From an uncultured Bacteroidales bacterium (lineage in GTDB: Bacteria > Bacteroidota > Bacteroidia > Bacteroidales > UBA4417), in the NCBI GenBank assembly GCA_903887815.1, contig CAISRK010000473.1, positions 1 through 48,859 of the forward strand: a stretch of 48,859 nt of DNA. The letters are read 5' to 3'. Both the position numbers and the translations under genes were made by a program. The notes beneath the pieces are model-generated. The model made no database searches, was not told where the DNA came from, and saw only the letters and a program-made list of their open reading frames with translations. Of this stretch, positions 41,339 through 48,859 are shown piece by piece. Each line of letters starts with the position of its first letter. The first letter of the stretch is position 1.

Positions 41339-42394
41339 CTATTTACCGATAAGTACCCCGATTGCTTTAAGATTCAAATTCTGATCGTATTCCTTTATCA
41401 CATCGGCAAGAACAGGCGAAGATGCATTGTGCCCCTCAATATGCACTGCAATAAGCTGAGCGGTTGTAAGACGTAATTTTTTATCAAAATAGTTCCTGTT
41501 TTCGCGCGAAATACATCCCAGGTTCTTTTTCGGATCCTCCGTATCGTAAAATCCCGGGAAATGCAGATTTTCGTCAACCAAACCGGAACCATGCCCCATT
41601 TCGATAATAGCAGGTTTCTCCTCATCGGCTGCCGGCAGGCTTTTAAGCAGGCGTTCGAATTCGGCGATTACGGTTGTATTATGCTGTGTTTCGCGAGAGA
41701 GATAGGTATTCTGCCATTGCGGATCTTTAATTTCTGCAGCTGTTTTTTCAACCTGCACCTGGATTTTTTTAAAGCTCTGAATGGCCAGGCTAAGAAATTC
41801 TTTCCGGGTCATAGGAATATAGGGCTGTTTTCCCGGCAGGGTAAAAACATATACCTTGTCGAATACACCACCACTTGTATTATAATAAAGCCCATCGGGT
41901 TCAAGCTGGTAATAAAAGGCACCATCCCTCACTCCCATCGGCACTTTCCTTGCCACATATACCGAATCATTAAAGGTCACACTACCTGCACCAAGCAGAT
42001 TCTCGCTGTTTACACTTATGCTTACGGCAGTGCCGGTTTCATCATCAACATATTCCTTTTTAACCTCATCGCAGCCGAATTCAAAAAACATTGCCGTACT
42101 GAAAAATACGCCGTTTCGGTATTCCGGATAAGTATCCTGGTCATAGTACGAATCGTTCCAGCGGGCTTCGCATCCAATGGGCTGCGGATAGGCATCCACT
42201 ATAATTTTCCTGAGAGCCAGAGCCTCAGCTTTTTGCTTCAGCAAATACTTGTCCTTTGTTGGCGAAAGATGGGTTTCATCAAATTTCCAGCTTGTCTTCT
42301 TCTGAGCAAGGACAGCAACATCGCAATCCTGCCCGAAAGAAAAGGTTGACTGAACAAGGACGAAAATAATTGAGGTGAAATAGAGTAATTTCAT
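41339..42394 (-). CDS. Secreted hypothetical protein, paralogue of 47339-48337
   Basis: I moved the start to Met11 (42394), giving signal peptide MKLLYFTSIIFVLVQSTFSFGQ. Shares GKQPYIPMTRKEFL, YFDKKL...AQLIAVHI and KEYDQNLNLKAI blocks with the 332-aa protein. Confidence 0.65.
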   Translation of the reverse strand: MKLLYFTSIIFVLVQSTFSFGQDCDVAVLAQKKTSWKFDETHLSPTKDKYLLKQKAEALALRKIIVDAYPQPIGCEARWNDSYYDQDTYPEYRNGVFFSTAMFFEFGCDEVKKEYVDDETGTAVSISVNSENLLGAGSVTFNDSVYVARKVPMGVRDGAFYYQLEPDGLYYNTSGGVFDKVYVFTLPGKQPYIPMTRKEFLSLAIQSFKKIQVQVEKTAAEIKDPQWQNTYLSRETQHNTTVIAEFERLLKSLPAADEEKPAIIEMGHGSGLVDENLHFPGFYDTEDPKKNLGCISRENRNYFDKKLRLTTAQLIAVHIEGHNASSPVLADVIKEYDQNLNLKAIGVLIGK

Positions 42395-42433
42395 TTTACC
42401 TGGTTTACTTGACTGAAAAGGCAATTCTGGATT

Positions 42434-44560
42434 TTAGAAACTAATTTTATTCATACCACTCAGCGTGCCGGCTCCTTCAATCGAGCCATGACCGCTGATA
42501 AGACTAACTTTCGCTTCCATACCAACTTTAGCAGTAACAGAAATATCGCCGGTTTGAATTTCACCAGGTGAATTTGTTTCCGGAACAATAACGCCACCTA
42601 CTGACGCTTCAACACCGACTTTGGCAGTAATATCCTTCAGACCGGTGCGGTCAAATTCAGCTTTCACTCCGCCGCTAACCGAAACTTCAGCCTTGAGTGG
42701 CCCAAGTTCCCTTGAGCCTAACGTTTTACTGGCCCCAATTTCGACGGAGCAACCCATAAACTGGTCGGCAAATCCTTCTTTGTTCATGTTTAGCTTTAAT
42801 CCAAGTTTTATAACATCCAGGTCGAGTTCGGCTGAAAGCCTGCTGCAATCCATATTGATTTTCCCCACCAGGGTTGACAACTCAGAATGGTATTGGCAAT
42901 GGATATCATCAAAATCAGGCAAAGGTTTGCCATTTCCCTTTTTTACTTCTTTTTCAGGACCGCATAAGGGGCCATCGACAAAAATATGAAATGAACTCGA
43001 TATGGTGCTCAGCCATTGGATCTGGGTAGTAAGCTTTTCAACTTCCCAATCTTCGGGCCATAATACGTATTGCCTGTAATAGGTTTCCTGGTTAAATTTC
43101 ACGCGTGTAGCAGCTAAGAATTCATTTTGTATCTGTTCCAGTTCAGTATTATAAGCTTTTATATAGTCATTCTTCAAAGCCATGAACCGTGGACAAAAGT
43201 CGGCATTGGCTCTGCCCTCACCATCCTGTTTTGATTCTTCCTTGTTAAGTTTGTTGATAGCATCATTATAATTCTTAGTTAATATCGCTTTACTGTCCTT
43301 GTAGGTGGTGAGTTTCTGAAGTGCATTATTTATCCGCCTGGTATAGTATCCATCGGCATCGGTTGCCAGAGCTGCAAGTTTAAGTGTAGCCGCCTGCGCA
43401 AAAACAGGTTGCGTCTGCATTTTAGCTCCGGTTTTACCGGCATTCATAATTTCCGCGTCTCTCTTTTTCCTGGCTGCAGTGGCAACCTGTTCGGCCTGGC
43501 CGCGAAGGACTACTAACTGAGCTGTTTTAGCTTCGCATGCATCTTTAAAACCACTCCATTCTTCTTTGAGAAAGATTGATTCTTCTACCGATTCCGGGAT
43601 AGCCGGTGCTACAAATTTCTCGAGTCCCAATGGATCCGATCCGGGTTTAAAAGGCAGCCTGATATCCTTTTCATTAGATTCGTAACCTAATTTTGAGAGC
43701 TGATCATTCTTCTCACCTGTATACGCCTGCTGAATCGATTTTTTCATACAGGCAACGGCAGCAGCAGTGTTTCCTTTATTCTGATCAATTGCGCTTTTGG
43801 TTGCATTGGCCTGTGAATGAGCCGGGTAAAGACGTAGAGTACTATCGAGGTATGCGTCGGCTTTTGGCATATCACCCAGTCCAAACCAGGCCTGGCCAAG
43901 GTTATTCAGGATGGTACTGTTTTTCGGGTACTGCTTGTTAAGTTTATTGAGCAATGGAAGCGCAAGTTGTTCGGCACCACACATCGACAGGATAGAAGCA
44001 TAATTATTCAGGTTGTCGGTATTGGCAGGATCATCAATACAAGCCTTACCCATCACATAAAGAGCAAATTCAATCTTGCCCATCATCCAAAGACCGACAG
44101 CAAAATTACCGGTTGCCTGGGCTGAATGGTATTTGGTTTTAGCAAACTGGTAAAGGTCCTCACCTTTCGATTCCGCCAGCGGGACCAATTGGGTTAAAAC
44201 TTTATTGTGCGTTGCAAGCAGGTACGCCGACAAAGTACCGTTGGTTAAAGGAGTCTTCGAAATAGATGCTATCCTGGTTTCGTCCAGGGGAGGGACAACC
44301 CGGTTTGCCAGTTCCATCATCTGCTGCATTTGCTGTGCATTTCCTTTCGACATTTCCTGACCTGTCGGAAGTTTTATACCCATCTGCTCCATCATCTTTT
44401 TTTGTTCAGGGCTCATTCCCTCCGATATTTTTTGCATCTGTATGGCTGCATCATCTATCTCTTTCTGAGTCGGGGGGACGGGCTGTTTAGGTTTGGTCTG
44501 CGCTTGTATTACAATGACAAAAAGAGTCAGACTTAAGAGTAGCAGGATGATCTTTTTCAT
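42434..44560 (-). CDS. Secreted TPR-repeat protein with Met/Gln-rich N-region and repetitive beta-rich C-terminus
   Basis: Signal peptide. Met-rich stretch MQKISEGMSPEQKKMMEQMGIKL...AQQMQQMMELA. TPR-like repeats (NNLGQAWFGLGDMPKADAYLDSTLRLYPAHSQA). The C-terminus has repeated (K)VGxEAxVS-type strands and ends in F. Confidence 0.65.
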   Translation of the reverse strand: MKKIILLLLSLTLFVIVIQAQTKPKQPVPPTQKEIDDAAIQMQKISEGMSPEQKKMMEQMGIKLPTGQEMSKGNAQQMQQMMELANRVVPPLDETRIASISKTPLTNGTLSAYLLATHNKVLTQLVPLAESKGEDLYQFAKTKYHSAQATGNFAVGLWMMGKIEFALYVMGKACIDDPANTDNLNNYASILSMCGAEQLALPLLNKLNKQYPKNSTILNNLGQAWFGLGDMPKADAYLDSTLRLYPAHSQANATKSAIDQNKGNTAAAVACMKKSIQQAYTGEKNDQLSKLGYESNEKDIRLPFKPGSDPLGLEKFVAPAIPESVEESIFLKEEWSGFKDACEAKTAQLVVLRGQAEQVATAARKKRDAEIMNAGKTGAKMQTQPVFAQAATLKLAALATDADGYYTRRINNALQKLTTYKDSKAILTKNYNDAINKLNKEESKQDGEGRANADFCPRFMALKNDYIKAYNTELEQIQNEFLAATRVKFNQETYYRQYVLWPEDWEVEKLTTQIQWLSTISSSFHIFVDGPLCGPEKEVKKGNGKPLPDFDDIHCQYHSELSTLVGKINMDCSRLSAELDLDVIKLGLKLNMNKEGFADQFMGCSVEIGASKTLGSRELGPLKAEVSVSGGVKAEFDRTGLKDITAKVGVEASVGGVIVPETNSPGEIQTGDISVTAKVGMEAKVSLISGHGSIEGAGTLSGMNKISF

Positions 44561-44663
44561 GAAAACAGAGTGATTAGTTTGTGAAAATTGGATTTTTATT
44601 TAGAATTAACTATTTGAATTACAGACAATTTCAGGTATTCTGAGGCACTGCCTGTCCAGCATT

Positions 44664-45911
44664 TCAGGGCTTTAACTTCATATCGCGGCTGCCGATATAA
44701 AATATTTTACACTCTGAAGGTGATTCATTTAAGAATGGAGTGAAAGACCGCTGTATGATCCTTCCATCGCTATACTTCAAAAGGATTGTGAAGTTTTTAA
44801 TTTCATACGTTCCGCTTCCGGGGCCAAGTTGGGGATCGTTGCTGTACTCACCAATGTAGTTGTTATCAGTAAATTGACCATTTGGTGTAAAACTGATTTC
44901 AGGATTCGGCTTGTTAAGCGAAATGTAATAGGCTATCGAAGTGGGATCGGTCGAAATATAGGTTCCGTTCAGTGTTAACCCATCAACAGGCTGGCATTTT
45001 ACATATTCATATTTATCGAGGTACTTCAATTTTGCAGGAGGATAAAATGCATACATACGGTTGGCAGAGGAATAATGATCCATTTTCGCTGTAACAATAT
45101 TTTTATCCATGGTATAATAACCGGCATAATCGTATTTTGGATCGTTCCGGTTAAAACTGATCAGCCCGTCGTGCGGCATTCCGTCGTAATACTTCCCGTC
45201 GCTCCAGAATACTCTCCATTTTATAGCCTGCGCAGTTGCCTTATACGTTGACCCGTAATTATTCCGGTTGTTCACATAATCGTAGGAGGTAACGCCAAAC
45301 ACATACTTGCCGTTCTCGAAACCTACCCAAACACCGGCAATACCCTGGTCTGACTTTAAAGGAGGGTTCACTTTGTCAATAACAGTGAGGGTTCCGGAGG
45401 CTGATGCTACTGCCGGGCTGTTACCTGATGAATTCCCGTTTTTTATAAATGCGATTGAAGTAAGGAATGCATCGGATTCTTTCCTGTATAGATCCCCGTT
45501 ACTGTTTACCATTGCCGAAATAATATTCCCTTCGTTTGCCAGCGACATCAGATATATATTGAACCTTCCACTTTGCTTGGTAGTAATATCAGCTGATCCC
45601 GAAAACACAGCATATCCGTTCTGAATGGATTGTTTTATTACCGGTGTGACATTTATCTTATAAGGGATATTTACCAGTTCGTTCCATTCCGTGTAAAATT
45701 CGCCTTCGGTAATTATATTTATTTTCCGGCTTGCATAAAGCCCGGCTACACAAAAAATATTGTCCTTTGAAGCTGTAAATGAAATGGAGCCGGTTTGCGT
45801 GTTGCGTTTCCACGATAAGGGCGGATTATACGAAACTATATCGAAAGTTTCGGTTTGAGCAAAAGTGCTTAAGGTGAGAAATAAAACCAGGCTGGAAAGA
45901 AATATTTTCAT
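44664..45911 (-). CDS. Secreted hypothetical protein
   Basis: 415-aa ORF with signal peptide (LVLFLTLSTFAQ). Beta-rich, aromatic/Asn-rich composition. No motif recognised. Confidence 0.6.
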   Translation of the reverse strand: MKIFLSSLVLFLTLSTFAQTETFDIVSYNPPLSWKRNTQTGSISFTASKDNIFCVAGLYASRKINIITEGEFYTEWNELVNIPYKINVTPVIKQSIQNGYAVFSGSADITTKQSGRFNIYLMSLANEGNIISAMVNSNGDLYRKESDAFLTSIAFIKNGNSSGNSPAVASASGTLTVIDKVNPPLKSDQGIAGVWVGFENGKYVFGVTSYDYVNNRNNYGSTYKATAQAIKWRVFWSDGKYYDGMPHDGLISFNRNDPKYDYAGYYTMDKNIVTAKMDHYSSANRMYAFYPPAKLKYLDKYEYVKCQPVDGLTLNGTYISTDPTSIAYYISLNKPNPEISFTPNGQFTDNNYIGEYSNDPQLGPGSGTYEIKNFTILLKYSDGRIIQRSFTPFLNESPSECKIFYIGSRDMKLKP

Positions 45912-46022
45912 TCTTATAAAGTTTTGAGCAACGCAACTCTTAATTCCAATCAGTTAATGTGAAGTTCAAAGCGCTGAATTTATTTGTTTTGTGAAAAGTT
46001 TCAACGATTTGCACTATTGCGG

Positions 46023-47255
46023 TTAAAACTCAACAAACTCAACCCGGCGGTTCTGAGCTTTACCTTCGGGGGTATCGTTAGTGGTTAAAGGTTTGCTTTC
46101 GCCGAAGCCCTTGCTTTTCAGCCGCTTTGTATCAATTCCAAGCGCAACCATTTGATCAAGAATTGCTTTAGCACGCATTTCAGAAAGTTTCTGGTTAGCG
46201 ACTTCATTCCCGTCGCTGTCGGTATGTCCTTCGACCGAAAATCTGAGTTCCGGATGGTCGGTCATCATTTTTACAATGTAATTGATTGTTCCGGTCGATT
46301 CGGGCCTGATGGTAGCTTTATTCACATCGAACCGTATGCCGGTAGTAACAAATTTCCCATCGGTGATGAATTTATCGTAAAGCGGCACGGCTCCTTTTGC
46401 TATGCGTATGTTTTTCACATACGCCCCTCCCTGCTTTGTCATATCGCTGTTGATCGTAATCCCTGTCGGATTTCCATCGACATTGGGAAGATTTAGTACG
46501 CGGGCATCGTCGAGGTATACTTTAAGTGCTCGTATATTAAACGAAATAGCCACATGCCTCCACCGTGCCTGCTTGTCGGTATACCCATCGGCTCCCGGAT
46601 ATTTCTCTTCAGCAATTGTGCCATATTTTACGGCCCCGGTATAAATAGTAAGCGGGGTCATTATACTTGATTGCTTGCGCTTTGCATAAAACGATACCAT
46701 ATAGCGCTGGCTGTTGAACGAAGGGATGAAATAGCAATCAAACTCAACTGTAAATTGTTCGGGAAGATAATCGGCCGAAGGATCTTTCATTAAAGGGAAA
46801 ATTCCTCCGTCGATAGCGTGATCGCGGATGTATATAACATTGGCGGAATCGAAAACCGCATTTTCATATACACCACCTGCTAAATCCCACTTTGAGGGGA
46901 ATTCGCCATTTTGTTCGTCCAGCTGGTTGTCTTCGAAAATAATCTCAGTGCCGGGAACAAAATCATATTTTGCCCATTCCAGGACTGGTGCAGGTTTTTC
47001 CTGTTCCTGAGGAGCACCATTGTTATCCGGGTTTGAGTTTTCCGATTTGGTGTTTCCTGAATTGCCGGCGTCAGCTTTCAAAGTTTTGTCGGTGCCGGTT
47101 TCACCAGCCTGAGTTGTATGTTTCCCTCCGCCTTTTACAATCTCGCTTTCAGCTTTATCGAGGCTGTAGTTTACAATTTTATTTACACTGAACTGTGCCA
47201 AAGCAACCCTGGCTGAAAGATTTAGCAATGCTAGTATTACAATGAGTTTTTTCAT
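46023..47255 (-). CDS. OmpA-family (peptidoglycan-binding C-terminal domain) protein with N-terminal beta-sandwich domain
   Basis: Signal peptide and a low-complexity linker. C-terminal OmpA_C motif VEGHTDSDGNEVANQKLSEMRAKAI...NRRVEFV. Confidence 0.85.
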   Translation of the reverse strand: MKKLIVILALLNLSARVALAQFSVNKIVNYSLDKAESEIVKGGGKHTTQAGETGTDKTLKADAGNSGNTKSENSNPDNNGAPQEQEKPAPVLEWAKYDFVPGTEIIFEDNQLDEQNGEFPSKWDLAGGVYENAVFDSANVIYIRDHAIDGGIFPLMKDPSADYLPEQFTVEFDCYFIPSFNSQRYMVSFYAKRKQSSIMTPLTIYTGAVKYGTIAEEKYPGADGYTDKQARWRHVAISFNIRALKVYLDDARVLNLPNVDGNPTGITINSDMTKQGGAYVKNIRIAKGAVPLYDKFITDGKFVTTGIRFDVNKATIRPESTGTINYIVKMMTDHPELRFSVEGHTDSDGNEVANQKLSEMRAKAILDQMVALGIDTKRLKSKGFGESKPLTTNDTPEGKAQNRRVEFVEF

Positions 47256-47338
47256 ATTAGTATCTGCAAGTTATGAATTGTAACTACCTGATCAATTATA
47301 TTTTACAGGGGAATAACATTATCATGCCAGGTTTCGTA

Positions 47339-48337
47339 TTATTTATCCAGCATTTGCTGTAATGCCTTGAAATCAAAATTCTTTTCAATCATAGTACCAC
47401 AATTCCTTCCCGGGGTACTTCCTCCCCATTTCCAGTAAACGGCTACGAACTGTGGCACATATGCAGCGGGTTTGGAGTTAAAATAGCTCTCATTAACAAC
47501 TATAAGCATCCGCCCTTTATCTTCGTTTTCGAAATTTTTAAAATCGTTCTTATGGTTCCCGGGTTTCAACAGGGCAGGCTTTGCAAGTTCTTGTTCAGGC
47601 TGGTTAGCCAGGTACTCTTTAGCAGGCTGTATATCCTTTTGATATGCCGTTTCCCAGAAACTGATAGAATTATGCTGACTTTGGGCATAGGCTATGTCCT
47701 TCTGATAAGAATCTTCCCTGTATTTCAGAAACGCCAGCAAATATTGCTTTCGGGTTACAGTTGTGTAGGGCAGTTGTCCCTGCCGTGAAATTAAAATCGT
47801 TCGTGAGAACTGGTTACTGCCCTGTAGTTCATTGCCGTCGGCGCCGGCAAAAAGCGGAAAGCCGTTTAGCTCGCCTAATTGGGGAGTGAGCTGATACACC
47901 TGCTTGTTTTCGATCATAAAATCCATGTCCTCCATGGCAAACCGGCCAAATGTATTGGCCCAGATAAAAAACCAGTCGCCCGTTTCGTTTCCCAGTTTTA
48001 AATTGTTGTTTTTTTGAAAGCTGTTGCAATAATATTCCATAAAATCAGCTGTCAGATCATAGGTGAGCGGGATGTTTTTCCTCAGGCTCCTGTCGGTTTG
48101 CTCGTTATACCAATATTTCCCCTCAGTTCCTTTTGGTATATATGCCGACTGCAGAAGTTGCAACATCTGATCCATTCGTTTAATAGTCTCAGGCGATTTA
48201 GCTTTATTCGAATTCGAGCCGGTATTTTTTACCCATTTCCCTTTGATAGCCATGAGTGAGTCGTTGCTGCATTGCGCATGTACAATCAAAGTATTGGCAA
48301 ACAAGGCTATGATAAAAATCAGCACACAATATTTCAT
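47339..48337 (-). CDS. Secreted hypothetical protein, paralogue of 41339-42394
   Basis: Signal peptide (VLIFIIALFANTLIVHAQ). Shares GQLPYTTVTRKQYL, YFNSKP...PQFVAVYW and EKNFDFKALQQMLDK blocks with the 361-aa protein. Confidence 0.65.
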   Translation of the reverse strand: MKYCVLIFIIALFANTLIVHAQCSNDSLMAIKGKWVKNTGSNSNKAKSPETIKRMDQMLQLLQSAYIPKGTEGKYWYNEQTDRSLRKNIPLTYDLTADFMEYYCNSFQKNNNLKLGNETGDWFFIWANTFGRFAMEDMDFMIENKQVYQLTPQLGELNGFPLFAGADGNELQGSNQFSRTILISRQGQLPYTTVTRKQYLLAFLKYREDSYQKDIAYAQSQHNSISFWETAYQKDIQPAKEYLANQPEQELAKPALLKPGNHKNDFKNFENEDKGRMLIVVNESYFNSKPAAYVPQFVAVYWKWGGSTPGRNCGTMIEKNFDFKALQQMLDK

Positions 48338-48723
48338 GGGTTCACAGGTATTTAGATTATCGGGTAATCAACTCATTTTGAAAGAAAAGTAATCAGAAAA
48401 AAAGGGAAGATCCAGCTGCTTTTGCAGCTTCAGGAAACAGGTTTCAGGGTAAAAAGTAAAACGAATACCAACTCAGGCAGAAAGATGAAATCAACATTGA
48501 ACTTTGCGAATTTGTGATCAGCGTTTCAGTCAGTCGCATATAGAAACCATGATTTCCTGATTGAAACCACGATTTAATCAAAATCACACGAACAAATCCT
48601 GCAGGTTAGATTCTTGAAGAATAATTTGTCGACCTTCCCTGTTAAATATACAGGAACATGGGATATTTTTAAACAAAGAACATCCGGAAAAATTACAGGC
48701 TCATCAGCTCTGCAAAGATACAT

Positions 48724-48859
48724 CTATATATTTATTTTAATATCCCTGCCAATCTTTATCCAATCCATGATTCCCATATTAGCCGAATCTAAAACGGGAT
48801 CGTATTCATGGAATTCATATGTTGGCATCGACTCGTTGCTAAGTTCCCTTATCATTTCC
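48724..48859 (-). CDS. Possible 3' end of a gene truncated by the window edge
   Basis: Manual translation of the minus strand from 48858 gives an open frame of 44 codons (EMIRELSNESMPTYEFHEYDPVLDSANMGIMDWIKIGRDIKINI) ending at TAG (48724-48726). It is too short to evaluate. Confidence 0.25.
   Translation of the reverse strand, partial: EMIRELSNESMPTYEFHEYDPVLDSANMGIMDWIKIGRDIKINI

Noticed and set aside
41561-42349. 262-aa plus-strand ORF
   Set aside because: It is entirely antisense to the 361-aa secreted-protein gene. It has a Cys/Phe/Ile-rich low-plausibility composition and no signal or domain. It is a shadow ORF.
1-48859. Mobile element, prophage or genomic-island boundaries
   Set aside because: I recognised no integrase, transposase, tRNA target, or long direct or inverted terminal repeats. 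The only repeats are the short intergenic arrays.

Overview
This is a Bacteroidota-type chromosomal segment: it has a SusC/SusD pair, T9SS type-A and type-B C-terminal sorting domains, and a TTTG-N20-TAnnTTTG promoter. About 40 genes are packed tightly. I recognised no rRNA, tRNA, CRISPR array, transposase or integrase. Contents from left to right: (1) 0.1-7.7 kb holds a SusC/SusD locus with a secreted LamG + PNGase-F-like enzyme. (2) 8-12.2 kb holds a pseudouridine synthase and a 1100-aa PKD-repeat surface protein. (3) 12.5-16.5 kb is a block of six unannotatable or accessory genes. It includes a DUF2235 (Tle1-like) lipase flanked by heptamer arrays, and a tightly coupled 3-gene operon whose first two products are paralogues. 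(4) 17-27 kb is the central sulfur/quinone respiration cluster. It has psrABC-like Mo-bisPGD reductase genes, a split YeeE/YedE transporter, and two membrane-anchored rhodanese-like proteins that lack the catalytic Cys but both end in SGGGC. Transcribed divergently from it are a bc-type Rieske protein and a cytochrome b6/subunit-IV domain fused to a roughly 12-haem cytochrome c. (5) 27-31 kb holds envelope proteins of unknown function and a TPR-AraC regulator. (6) 31-36 kb holds mobA, queA, and an overlapping pair: a DUF364/DUF4213 protein and a membrane protein with a C-terminal P-loop NTPase. (7) 36-40 kb holds a rhodanese lipoprotein, a porin and a periplasmic tandem rhodanese, with a divergent Crp/Fnr regulator. 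(8) 40.5-48.3 kb holds pssA and five secreted proteins of unknown function, bracketed by two paralogues. The best candidates for something undescribed are the Rieske/cyt b-multihaem fusion with the SGGGC-tailed rhodanese-like carriers, followed by the orphan 3-gene operon at 14.8-16.5 kb. Many intergenic spacers also carry degenerate 7-8 bp tandem arrays. All calls come from reading the ORF translations and the DNA; no database search was run.
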